DNA of 64,000 nucleotides, taken from assembly GCA_047602425.1 (NCBI GenBank), contig JASGHG010000001.1, positions 3,904,001 to 3,968,000 of the forward strand, written 5' to 3'. The position numbers were made by a program, and so were the translations under genes. The DNA comes from Nibricoccus sp. (lineage in GTDB: Bacteria; Verrucomicrobiota; Verrucomicrobiia; Opitutales; Opitutaceae). Position 1 is the first letter of the stretch. Each line of letters begins with the position of its first letter. Below the pieces are notes generated by a model. That model was not told the origin of the DNA, ran no database searches, and saw nothing but the letters and a program-made list of their open reading frames with translations. Positions 46,717 to 56,045 of this stretch are shown piece by piece.

Positions 46717-47679
46717 ATGCGCGCTTCGCTCAACGCTCTTACCGACGAACTCAAGCGTCTGAAAGCCTCGGGCGTGAAATCGGTCGTCGTATCGGACGAG
46801 AGCTTGGCGCGTTTGAAAAAGATTGTTCAAGCCCGGGGGAAATCCGCGGCTTCCGCGCCTGCACGCGAACCGGTTGCACCCGGTCCGATTTCGACGATGG
46901 AGACGACTACGGCTCCGACGAAACCACAACCTCAGCCTATCGCCAGTTTCGAGCCGGTGGCAAAGGCCTTTGTCGTTAAACCATTGCCTTCTTCGACCGA
47001 AACCTTTCCTCCGGCGCCAAAAGTGGTGCTGCCGGCCGGCGACAAGAAAAAGCGCTGGAATGCGCTGCTGCAGATGGTGCTCAACGACCCGGTTTGCAAG
47101 TCTCACGTTCGCCCTGGCAAAAAAGTCGTGCTTGGCGTGGGCGATCTTGATGCGCGGATCTTTTTCTGCGGCGAAGCGCCCGGAGCGGAGGAGGAAGAGC
47201 AAGGCGAGCCGTTTGTTGGACCTGCCGGACAGTTGTTGACCAAGATGATTCAGGGCATGGGCCTGAAACGCAGCGACGTTTATATTGGCAACATCATGAA
47301 CTGGCGGCCGCAATTGCCTCTGTCTGGCGGTGGCGCGCAGATCGGTAACCGCCCACCCACACCCGATGAGATGGCTTATTGCCTGCCTTACCTGAAGGCA
47401 CAGCTCGAAGTGGTGAAGCCGGAGATTATCGTGGCGCTCGGCGCGACCGCCGCGACCGGGCTGTTTGGTGCGGGGTCATTTAAAACTTTGGGAGAAATTC
47501 GGTCCAAATGGAAACTGTTTGACGAAATACCGGTCATGGTGACGTACCATCCGTCTTACATTTTACGCAACCCGACCAACCGCTCCAAACGGGCGATTTG
47601 GGAAGATTTGCTAAAAGTTATGGAACGTGCCTCACTGCCCATCTCGGAAAAACAACGGAATTTCTTCTTGGAAAAATGA
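46717..47679 (+). CDS. Uracil-DNA glycosylase, family 4-like, with an N-terminal extension
   Basis: GEAPGAEE, PFVGPAGQLL, YIGNI, GNRPP, ALGATA, TYHPSY. Confidence 0.9.
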   Translation: MRASLNALTDELKRLKASGVKSVVVSDESLARLKKIVQARGKSAASAPAREPVAPGPISTMETTTAPTKPQPQPIASFEPVAKAFVVKPLPSSTETFPPAPKVVLPAGDKKKRWNALLQMVLNDPVCKSHVRPGKKVVLGVGDLDARIFFCGEAPGAEEEEQGEPFVGPAGQLLTKMIQGMGLKRSDVYIGNIMNWRPQLPLSGGGAQIGNRPPTPDEMAYCLPYLKAQLEVVKPEIIVALGATAATGLFGAGSFKTLGEIRSKWKLFDEIPVMVTYHPSYILRNPTNRSKRAIWEDLLKVMERASLPISEKQRNFFLEK

Positions 47680-49208
47680 AACGCCTGACGCTCGCCGTCC
47701 TTCTCTGCCTGAGCCCCTTCAAAAGCGCCATTGCCGCGGTGCCGTTCGATTTTGAAGTGCTGCAATTTCGCGCCAAGACGCTTGCGGCCAGCCCCTATGT
47801 GCCCCGCGCCTCGCGCGTGCCGAAGGAACTTCAGGATCTTTCCTACGACGACTACCGTATGATTCGTTTCGATACGAATCGTGCCTGGTGGAAACGCGAG
47901 CAGCTGCCCTTCCAACTTCAGTTTTTCCATCCAGGCTTTATCTACAACAAGACTGTTCAGGTTTCCGAAATTCAGAATGGCGAAGCGGACCTGATCGATT
48001 TCAGCGCGAAATTTTTCGAATACAACATGAAGGCCCGCTCGATCGGGCGCATCCCGTCCGACATGGGCTTTACGGGCTTTCGCGTGCACTATGCGCTGAA
48101 CAACCCGAACTACCTCGATGAACTAGCCGTGTTTCAGGGTGCGAGTTATTTCCGGGCTTTGGGTCAGGCGATGCGTTATGGCATGTCGGCACGCGGTCTG
48201 GCGCTCAATACGGCTGAGGCGCCGGCCGAGGAATTCCCCATTTTTGAGGAATTCTGGGTTGTAAGACCGCAGACCGACTCGAAGGAACTGACCGTTTACG
48301 CGCTACTGGACAGCCCGAGTGTGGCTGGCGCTTATCGTTTCATTATAAAGCCCGGTCAGGCGACGGTGATGCAGGTGCGTTGCGCAATATACCAGCGCGC
48401 TGGTTCGGCTATCAAAGCCTTCGGCGTGGCCCCGCTCACAAGCATGTTCTGGCACGGCGAGAATTCTGCGAGCAAGGAAGGCGATTTGCGTCCTGAGGTG
48501 CATGATTCGGACGGCCTAATGCTCGAACGTGGTAGTGGCGAATGGTTGTGGCGTCCGCTGGTCAACCCGACCGGAGTCCGTGTGACCTCTTTCAACGACG
48601 AAAACCCCAAAGGCTTTGGCCTTGTGCAGCGCGACCGGAATTTCTCCAGTTACGAAGACATGGAAGCCGCTTACCACCTGCGGCCCAGCGTGTGGGTCGA
48701 ACCGACCGGCGCTTGGGGACGTGGTGCGGTACGGTTGGTTGAGCTTCCGACTCCGGATGAAACAAATGATAACATTGTGGCCTTCTGGGTGCCGGAAAAA
48801 CTTCCGGCGGTGGGCGAACCGATCGAATTTGAATACAAACTTCACTGGTTCATCGAAGGTTCGGGCGGCAAAAAACCGCCGGCAGGCTACGCTGTAGCCA
48901 CGCGAATTGGTCATTCCAAGACGCATGAACGCGATCTGGAACGGTTCTGGGTGGATTTCGATAGCCCGGTTTTGCGCAACCGTTCGGCGGACTCAGGCAT
49001 TCAAGCCATTGTCTCGGTCGGCGAAGGTGCAACCCTGGTTCACCAGAGTCTGCAAAAGAATAATTTTAACGGCACCTGGCGCGTCGCTTTTTCCATCAAA
49101 CCTGATGGCAGCGGAAAGCCGGTGGAACTCCGTTGCTTCTTGAAACGCGAGCCCCATATCCTAACCGAGACATGGAGCTACCTTTGGAACCAGTCGACGC
49201 CCCGCTAA
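47676..49208 (+). CDS. opgG: Periplasmic glucan biosynthesis protein OpgG/MdoG
   Basis: Signal peptide; YDDYRMIRF, FQGASYFRA, SARGLA, EEFP.F, APLTSMF, RPEVHDSDGL, DETNDNIVAFW, ETWSY. Confidence 0.93.
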   Translation: MKRLTLAVLLCLSPFKSAIAAVPFDFEVLQFRAKTLAASPYVPRASRVPKELQDLSYDDYRMIRFDTNRAWWKREQLPFQLQFFHPGFIYNKTVQVSEIQNGEADLIDFSAKFFEYNMKARSIGRIPSDMGFTGFRVHYALNNPNYLDELAVFQGASYFRALGQAMRYGMSARGLALNTAEAPAEEFPIFEEFWVVRPQTDSKELTVYALLDSPSVAGAYRFIIKPGQATVMQVRCAIYQRAGSAIKAFGVAPLTSMFWHGENSASKEGDLRPEVHDSDGLMLERGSGEWLWRPLVNPTGVRVTSFNDENPKGFGLVQRDRNFSSYEDMEAAYHLRPSVWVEPTGAWGRGAVRLVELPTPDETNDNIVAFWVPEKLPAVGEPIEFEYKLHWFIEGSGGKKPPAGYAVATRIGHSKTHERDLERFWVDFDSPVLRNRSADSGIQAIVSVGEGATLVHQSLQKNNFNGTWRVAFSIKPDGSGKPVELRCFLKREPHILTETWSYLWNQSTPR

Positions 49209-49771
49209 GCAGTTTTCGTCCCCGCACCGGGACGATGGAGGCGTGGAACGCGGCCTATGTGCGCGTTGAGGATTACCTGCGTGCGCATCGGACACATAAT
49301 CGTCTGCACCAAAGCCGGCTCATTCAAGCCGTGCTCGAGCGTGCCGCGCGGCGCCACGCGCAAAATCCCGCGATCGAGCCCACGACGCTCGCCGCCGAGG
49401 AATGTGAGGCGATGATGGCGGCGTGGTTCAGGGAAATTCTTGCAGACAAAGATCTGCCTGACGACCGCGTGCCGGCTGCGGGCCGCGTGGCTCTGCTGCT
49501 TTCCGACGGCCCCGAAAAATGGCCCTACGCGTTTCTGCAACGCGAAACCATTCCCGAAGAATTCAGAAAGGCGATGCGGGCAAGTTCGATGGAGGCCGGG
49601 CCGGATATGTCCGTCTCCAACATGGTTCCGCGTCAGATCGATCTTGGTGCGATCAGTGAGGCGGCGGGTGAAACCCTCGAGCAGATCGAGAGAATTCCCA
49701 TCCTGAGCACGCTCTTGCTTTGGGCTCTCTTTGTAGCCGCTCTCGCCAGTATTTTCTACCTAACGCGCTGA
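49172..49771 (+). CDS. Hypothetical protein with a C-terminal TM, between opgG and opgH
   Basis: Fills the opgG-opgH gap and ends in hydrophobic LLLWALFVAALASIFYL. Start at 49172 or 49235. Confidence 0.75.
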   Translation: MELPLEPVDAPLSSFRPRTGTMEAWNAAYVRVEDYLRAHRTHNRLHQSRLIQAVLERAARRHAQNPAIEPTTLAAEECEAMMAAWFREILADKDLPDDRVPAAGRVALLLSDGPEKWPYAFLQRETIPEEFRKAMRASSMEAGPDMSVSNMVPRQIDLGAISEAAGETLEQIERIPILSTLLLWALFVAALASIFYLTR

Positions 49772-49789
49772 AGACGACCACGCCGACCC

Positions 49790-51937
49790 ATGCGCATCAT
49801 CAACGCAGATTTTATTGACCCAAAGCGACTGAAGCGCCGCCGTTTCATGTTTTTCACGGCGGTCTTTATTCTGACCAGTCTTGCGACGTGGTTTCTCGCG
49901 GACCTTTTCTGGCAGAACGACAAAATCCGTGGAGTCGAATGGCCTTTGCTCGCGCTGTTCGTGATTTTGTTTTCGCAGATCGCCGTCGGCTTCGTGACGG
50001 CGTTGATCGGCTTCTACGTGATCAACCGCGGTGGCGACAGTCGCCTCATCACCAAAACGGTCAAACCCGACGAGGACATTTCGCTCGCCAGCACGGCGAT
50101 CGTCATGCCGGTGTTCAACGAGGACGTCAGCCGCGTGTTCGAGGCGCTCCGTGTGATTTATCGCTCGGTGGAGGCGACAAAGAAACTGGAGCACTTCGAC
50201 TTTTTCATCCTCAGCGATTCCACAAAGCCGAACCAATGGATCCAGGAAGAGGTCGCCTGGGTCGAGCTCTGCAAACAGGTTGGCGGCTTCGGGCGGATCT
50301 TTTACCGCAAGCGCCGTCAGCAGATCAACAAGAAGGCGGGCAACGTTGCCGACTTTCTGCGCCGCTGGGGTAAAAATTACCGCTATATGGTGGTTTTGGA
50401 CGCCGATAGCGTCATGAGTGGCCAGGCGTTGGTCGATCTGGTGGCGACCATGCAGAAGAATCCCACGGTCGGCATCATCCAGACCGCGCCGCGGTTGGTT
50501 AACGGCGAGACTTTTTACGCGCGCCTGCAACAGTTTTCCAACCGCCTCTACAGTCCACTCTTTCTAGCCGGCTTGAATTACTGGCAGCAGTACGACGGCA
50601 ATTATTGGGGTCACAACGCGATCATTCGCGTGCAGCCGTTCATCGACCATTGTGCGCTGCCAAGTCTTCCCGGTAGCGAGCCGTTCGGTGGACGTATTCT
50701 CAGCCACGATTTTGTGGAGGCCGCACTGATGCGCAAGGCGGGGTGGGGCGTCTGGCTGGCGCCCGACATTGAGGGCACCTACGAGGAGGGACCGCCGACG
50801 TTGATCGACAGCGCGAAGCGCGACCGGCGCTGGTGTCAGGGCAACATGCAGCACAGCTGGCTGCTCTTCGCGAAAGGCTTCCGTCCGGTCAACCGCTTCC
50901 ATCTTTTCATGGGAGTGATGGCCTATGTGTCGTCGCCGCTCTGGCTGCTTTTCCTGCTGTTGAGCACCATTCACGTCTTCAATCTCGTGCGTTTCCCGTC
51001 GGCCGGGCATCTGCGGCCTGAGATCATGACTTCAATTTTTGGATACATGCTGGAGGTGCCGGAGGCGTTTACGCTCTTCGTGCTGACGATGCTGCTGCTT
51101 TTTCTGCCGAAATTCATCAGTGTCTTCCTAACCGTGCAGAAAAAGGCCGAAGCAGAGCGTTTTGGCGGTCGTGTGCAGGTGGTATTGTCAGCCCTGCTCG
51201 AAATTGCGATTTCCACGCTGCTGGCGCCCATCAACATGCTTTTCAACAGCAAGTTCGTGCTCTTTATTTTGCTCGGGCAAGGAGTGAACTGGGTGACACA
51301 AAACCGGGGTGGCGACGACGGCACGGACTGGCGCGAGGCGATCCTTACTCACGGGCCGCAGATGGTTTTCGGGCTTGTTTGGGGTGCGTCTTCCTTCGTG
51401 ATCTGGCCGGCTTACTTTTGGTGGTTGAGCCCGGTTTTGGCTGGCATCGTTTTTTCAATCCCACTGTCGATTGCCTTGAGCAAGCCGAGTTTTGGGCGAC
51501 AGTTGCTGCGCTGGGGCATGTTCATGACCCCGGAAGAGGCGAATCCGCCATATGAATTGAAACGGTTGAAGACGAACCTGGACGAATGCTACAAACACAT
51601 GCAGCCAATCGAGGTGTTGCGCGCCGATTATGGCCTGCTGCAGGCGGTGCTCGATCCCTACATCAATGCGGTGCACGTTTCATTGTTACGTCAGCGCAGG
51701 CCGAGCGAGGAATCGCGCGATTATTTCCTGCAACTGCGCGTTCGATTGCTGCGGGACGGACCGGCGGAATTTACGACCAAGGAAAAAATGGCGCTGTTGC
51801 TGGATGCCGAATCGATGATCTGGTTGCACCGCGAGCTTTGGCGTGTTCCAGCTCAATCGCTCGCCGAATGGTGGCGGCTGGCCGTGCGTCAGTATAACGT
51901 GCTTACGACCGCGCCCACAACCGCTTTGTACCGCTAA
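49790..51937 (+). CDS. opgH: Glucans biosynthesis glucosyltransferase OpgH/MdoH (GT2)
   Basis: MPVFNED, FILSDS, KAGNVADF, LDADS, YWGHNAIIR, ILSHDFVEAA, RDRRWCQGN. Confidence 0.96.
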   Translation: MRIINADFIDPKRLKRRRFMFFTAVFILTSLATWFLADLFWQNDKIRGVEWPLLALFVILFSQIAVGFVTALIGFYVINRGGDSRLITKTVKPDEDISLASTAIVMPVFNEDVSRVFEALRVIYRSVEATKKLEHFDFFILSDSTKPNQWIQEEVAWVELCKQVGGFGRIFYRKRRQQINKKAGNVADFLRRWGKNYRYMVVLDADSVMSGQALVDLVATMQKNPTVGIIQTAPRLVNGETFYARLQQFSNRLYSPLFLAGLNYWQQYDGNYWGHNAIIRVQPFIDHCALPSLPGSEPFGGRILSHDFVEAALMRKAGWGVWLAPDIEGTYEEGPPTLIDSAKRDRRWCQGNMQHSWLLFAKGFRPVNRFHLFMGVMAYVSSPLWLLFLLLSTIHVFNLVRFPSAGHLRPEIMTSIFGYMLEVPEAFTLFVLTMLLLFLPKFISVFLTVQKKAEAERFGGRVQVVLSALLEIAISTLLAPINMLFNSKFVLFILLGQGVNWVTQNRGGDDGTDWREAILTHGPQMVFGLVWGASSFVIWPAYFWWLSPVLAGIVFSIPLSIALSKPSFGRQLLRWGMFMTPEEANPPYELKRLKTNLDECYKHMQPIEVLRADYGLLQAVLDPYINAVHVSLLRQRRPSEESRDYFLQLRVRLLRDGPAEFTTKEKMALLLDAESMIWLHRELWRVPAQSLAEWWRLAVRQYNVLTTAPTTALYR

Positions 51938-51970
51938 ATAGATTCTACGGACAATTTCAGTCCGGAAAAT

Positions 51971-52336
51971 TCAGGCCTTGTTGACGGTGTACTTTTCCAG
52001 TTCCGCCTTGGCGATGGCGAACTCGCTCACGAGATCCGCGATCAACGGATCGAGACCGTCCAAACCGCTGTTGCGCGACTGGTGCTCCAGTTTCTCGGCG
52101 GTGGCGCGCACCCGAGTGGCGCCGAGGTTGCTGGCGCTGCCTTTGATGCTATGAGCGGCGCGGGTGAACTTGGGCTGATCATAGGAGGTCAGGCACTGTT
52201 TGAGCTCCGCGATGCGCTCGGGGGTGTCTTCCAAAAAAATGCCGATGATATCCTTCAGAAAGGCGTCTTCGTCGCCGGGGTTGAGTGCGCGGAGGTTTTC
52301 GATGGCCTCGGGGTCAATGGGGAGTTCGGTCGACAT
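51971..52336 (-). CDS. Stand-alone Hpt phosphotransfer protein
   Basis: AAHSIKGSASNLGA Hpt signature. Confidence 0.92.
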   Translation of the reverse strand: MSTELPIDPEAIENLRALNPGDEDAFLKDIIGIFLEDTPERIAELKQCLTSYDQPKFTRAAHSIKGSASNLGATRVRATAEKLEHQSRNSGLDGLDPLIADLVSEFAIAKAELEKYTVNKA

Positions 52337-52409
52337 GGGTAACCTTTCTGGAATTTGGCGGACGGAAAATTTTCGTCGAGTTTAAGTGTTTCGAAAAAAC
52401 AAAAATGAG

Positions 52410-54122
52410 TTAACCGACCCATTCGACTGAGGTGTTTTCCTCGACTTGTTCGATGGTGGTAAGGCCGAGCAGAACTTTTTTCAGGGCGTCGTAGCGCAGC
52501 GGCTTGTACCCAACTTTCGCGGCGGCGCGGGTGATCTCCTGCGCGCTTTTTCTATCCGAGATCATGGTGCGAATTTCTTCGGTGATAAGAACGAGTTCAT
52601 GAAAGGCTACCCGGCCCTTGTAACCCGTCCCGCGGCAACTGGGGCAACCGCGACCACGGTAGAATGTCACATCGTTATCGGCAAGGCCGTCATCGTGAAA
52701 ATAGCGTTGCAGGGTTTCCCGCGTGGGAGTGTACGGCTCCTTGCAGCTTTCGCAGATGCGGGCGACGAGGCGCTGGGCGAGCACGCCAATGACCGAGGGC
52801 GCAACCATGTAGGGTTCGACCCCGATTTCCATCAACCGCACGATAGCTTGCGCGGCCGTGTTGGTGTGGAGCGTCGCAAAAACAATATGGCCGGTTAGCG
52901 CGGCTTCCGTTGCGATTTTGGCGGTTTCGAGATCGCGAATTTCACCGACCAGAATGGCATCCGGATCCTGACGGAGGAGGGAACGCAGGATGGTGGAAAA
53001 CTTCAGATCGATGTGGGAATTGACCTGCGTCTGCGTGACACCGTCGAGCTGGATTTCCACCGGATCCTCGATTGTCGATATATTGATGTTCGGCGTGTTG
53101 ATCTCGTGGAGCGCGGCGTAAAGTGTCGTTGTTTTTCCCGAACCGGTGGGACCCGTGACAAAAATGATGCCGTTTGGATTCTGGATGAGCTGCTTGAACG
53201 GCTGCAGGACCGATTGCGAGATCATCATCTTGTCGAGGGTGAGCATCGACTTGCGCCCGGTCATGGCGAGGATGCGGATGACGGCTTTTTCGCCATAGGC
53301 AGACGGAATGCAGGAAAAACGGAAGTTCGCGGTCAGGCTGCCGATCGGCATCGAAAAACGTCCATCCTGGGGAAAACGCGACTCGGCGATATTGAGGCTG
53401 CACTGGATCTTGAGGCGTGAAATGATGGCGCGATGGAGCTTGCGCGAGTAGGTGAAAATCTCGCGGAGCATGCCATCGACGCGGAAACGCACGCGGGAAA
53501 TATTTTCCTGGGGTTCGATATGAATGTCCGTTGCGCGTTCACGAAGGGCGAAGTGAATGATTTCCTCAACTATCTGAATGAGGGAATCGGCGTTCGCGAG
53601 CTGGGCGATCTTGTCGGCGGCGAGCTCTGGATCGGTGAAAAGGCGGGAGCGTTCGAGTTCGTTGAGACTTTCCTCGAGGCTTTTGTCGGAAGAGTAGCTG
53701 ATGACGATGGCGTCGTCGATGTCGTGCGGGAGCGCGAAGACGGGGCTGATGGGAATCTGCGCGATCTGCGAAAGGCGTTTTACGAGCTCCGCATCGTCGG
53801 GCGCGGCCATCGCGGTGGTGAGCACGCCATTGAAGACGTAGAGGCCGATGGCGCGGGCTTTTTTGGCGATTTCAACGGGGATTTTATCGATGGCCTCGTC
53901 GGTGATAAGGGAGGCAAAGGGATCGACGTGGGCGAAGCCGAGGCCGTCGGCCCAGATGCGGCAGGCATCGTCCTTTGTGGCATATTTTCGATCGATCACT
54001 TCTTGGAGCAAAGCCGTGGTTATGCCATGCTGCTGGGCAAGGGCATCGACCTCGTCCTTGTAATCGAAATGCGGCAGCTGTTTGAGCTGCTCGAGAAACT
54101 GCGTGTTACTCGGGTTTGCCAC
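52410..54122 (-). CDS. GspE/PilB-family secretion or pilus assembly ATPase
   Basis: GTG start at 54122. ATDIHIEP, PQDGRF, GPTGSGKTT, TIEDPVE, LRQDPD..VGEIRD, TGH..TLH, Zn motif CESC...CPSC. Confidence 0.92.
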   Translation of the reverse strand: MANPSNTQFLEQLKQLPHFDYKDEVDALAQQHGITTALLQEVIDRKYATKDDACRIWADGLGFAHVDPFASLITDEAIDKIPVEIAKKARAIGLYVFNGVLTTAMAAPDDAELVKRLSQIAQIPISPVFALPHDIDDAIVISYSSDKSLEESLNELERSRLFTDPELAADKIAQLANADSLIQIVEEIIHFALRERATDIHIEPQENISRVRFRVDGMLREIFTYSRKLHRAIISRLKIQCSLNIAESRFPQDGRFSMPIGSLTANFRFSCIPSAYGEKAVIRILAMTGRKSMLTLDKMMISQSVLQPFKQLIQNPNGIIFVTGPTGSGKTTTLYAALHEINTPNINISTIEDPVEIQLDGVTQTQVNSHIDLKFSTILRSLLRQDPDAILVGEIRDLETAKIATEAALTGHIVFATLHTNTAAQAIVRLMEIGVEPYMVAPSVIGVLAQRLVARICESCKEPYTPTRETLQRYFHDDGLADNDVTFYRGRGCPSCRGTGYKGRVAFHELVLITEEIRTMISDRKSAQEITRAAAKVGYKPLRYDALKKVLLGLTTIEQVEENTSVEWVG

Positions 54123-54306
54123 GGCGGCGCCTTTGCTTGGATTGGAAGAGATTACCGATGTCGGCTTGTTGCAGTTTTTCCATGGCGAGCGTGCCGGTGG
54201 CACGTTCGAGTTTGAGTTCAGCCAGGAGCTCGGGGAGCGAGTATTTGACCATCTCGATCGGATGCGGTCTGACCGGAGTAGTGGAGTTGTGCGGATGAGC
54301 GCTCAT
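54106..54306 (-). CDS. Small hypothetical protein (66 aa)
   Basis: Starts 6 bp after the receiver gene's stop and overlaps the ATPase start; helical YSLPELLAELKLER and a basic tail. Confidence 0.65.
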   Translation of the reverse strand: MSAHPHNSTTPVRPHPIEMVKYSLPELLAELKLERATGTLAMEKLQQADIGNLFQSKQRRRRGKPE

Positions 54307-54312
54307 GGCTGG

Positions 54313-54699
54313 TTACTCGGCGCTGAAGCACTCGGCGATCGTGGCCCGGAGTGAGGCGAGGATTTCGTCCTTGGGCGTGTCTTTGCGGATGTAATTGTCG
54401 GCTCCGAGATTGAGAGCCTCCTCGACCGTCTGCCGGTTGGCGAGCGAGGTGAGCATGACGACGACACAGTCAGTGGAAAGGGTGCGAATTTCCCGTAGCG
54501 TTTGAATGCCGTCCTGGATGGGCATGTTAACGTCGAGCAGAACCATATTGGGTTGCGCGCTTTTGAAAACCTCCACCGCGTCCCTGCCATTGGACGCCTC
54601 CATGATGGACGTGGCGCCGAGCTGTTTCAGGATGAGCGCAATGAATTTCCGCACGTGGGCTTCGTCGTCGACGAGAAGAATTTTACCTTCGTATTTCAT
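54313..54699 (-). CDS. Single-domain response regulator (CheY-like)
   Basis: MKYEGKILLVDDE, LLDVNMP, MLTS, YIRK. Confidence 0.92.
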   Translation of the reverse strand: MKYEGKILLVDDEAHVRKFIALILKQLGATSIMEASNGRDAVEVFKSAQPNMVLLDVNMPIQDGIQTLREIRTLSTDCVVVMLTSLANRQTVEEALNLGADNYIRKDTPKDEILASLRATIAECFSAE

Positions 54700-54703
54700 G
54701 GGT

Positions 54704-55897
54704 TCAGGCGGGAAGCATGATTGAAAATTCGCAGCCGCCATGAGGCAGATTTGTGGCGGTGATGGCACCGCGATGGGCTTCAACAATCTTGCGACAGATG
54801 GCGAGGCCGAGGCCGGTGGCTTTTTCGCCGCCGGTGGGTTTGGAGGAAAGCGTGACGAAGTCCTTGAAGAGCTGATGGCGTTCGCTCTCGGGAATTCCGG
54901 GGCCCTGATCTTGCACCGCCACGGTGTACGCGGGATGAAAGCCGGAGATGCGCACGTTGATCGTGGAACCCGGGGGAGAATATTTCACGGCGTTGCTTAA
55001 CAGATTGTCCATGACCTGCTTTATCTTGGCCTGATCCATTCTCACTATCGGCGCTTCGTAAGGCGGACTGTAGACGATCTTGGTGTTTTTCTTGGTGGCG
55101 TTGATGTTGTTCAGGTAAACCGCCTTTTCCACGAGTTCGGCCAGGCTGTGCGGCTCCTTTTGCACCTTCAGTTCGCCGGCCTCGATCGTGGCGACGTCGA
55201 GCAGTTCGTTGAGCAACGTCAGCATGGACTGGCTGGTATCGAGAATCGTATTGGCGAGGTCGAGTTGATCGGGAGTGAGCTGGCCCACGGTGCCGTCGGT
55301 CAGAAATTCCGCCAGGCCGCGAATCGAAGCCAGGGGATTGCGCAGGTCGTGCGCCGCCATGCCGAGGAGTTTATTTTTCGCTTGATTAGCGGTTTTTAAT
55401 TGGTCGACCAATGCCTTTTGGTGCTCGATGAGCAGCTTGTTCTGCAAATGGGTGCGGATGCGGGCCAGGGATTCCTTGCGACGGAAGGGTTTTGGAAGGT
55501 AGTCGACGCCACCCGCGGCCAAACCTTCGACGATATCGTCGGACTCGGTTTTTGCAGTGATGAAAATGACGGGCGCGGCATTGTCGCCGTGGCGGGTGCG
55601 AAGCTCGCGGCAAACGGCGAAACCATCGATTCCCGGCAAAACCACGTCCATGAGCACGAGGTCGGGTTTGAACTCGTCGTAAAGCGTCAAAGCCTCTTCG
55701 CCCGAAGAACCTTCCTGGGTAACATAACCCTCCGATTGGAGAATGCTGCTCAGGATCTTTATATTCATCCGGTCGTCATCGATCATCAGAATCTTACGTC
55801 CTTTGAGACTTAACGCCTTCTTTTGCTCCATGGCGGCACGTGCTGCGGGGGATGGCGCCCCAAAGCCAAAGGGAAGGGTTCCTGCGGTTAACTGCAT
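54704..55897 (-). CDS. Cytoplasmic hybrid kinase (receiver-HisKA-HATPase)
   Basis: [43 protein letters not shown]; no TM segment. Confidence 0.93.
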   Translation of the reverse strand: MQLTAGTLPFGFGAPSPAARAAMEQKKALSLKGRKILMIDDDRMNIKILSSILQSEGYVTQEGSSGEEALTLYDEFKPDLVLMDVVLPGIDGFAVCRELRTRHGDNAAPVIFITAKTESDDIVEGLAAGGVDYLPKPFRRKESLARIRTHLQNKLLIEHQKALVDQLKTANQAKNKLLGMAAHDLRNPLASIRGLAEFLTDGTVGQLTPDQLDLANTILDTSQSMLTLLNELLDVATIEAGELKVQKEPHSLAELVEKAVYLNNINATKKNTKIVYSPPYEAPIVRMDQAKIKQVMDNLLSNAVKYSPPGSTINVRISGFHPAYTVAVQDQGPGIPESERHQLFKDFVTLSSKPTGGEKATGLGLAICRKIVEAHRGAITATNLPHGGCEFSIMLPA

Positions 55898-56045
55898 GAC
55901 GTTTGACGGTGCGGTGAAGAGAGTTCCCTACGTTGGTCGTCACAGATTAAGGAAACTTAAGTTGGTTCTCATATCATGAAATGCGGATACGTTGATATTA
56001 GACTTGCCCGCCTCCGAGCCGATGGTTTTAACCCTCCTTTATCTT

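Noticed and set aside
55898..56045. SAM or SAH riboswitch upstream of metK
   Set aside because: No recognisable aptamer core or terminator in this short AT-rich region.
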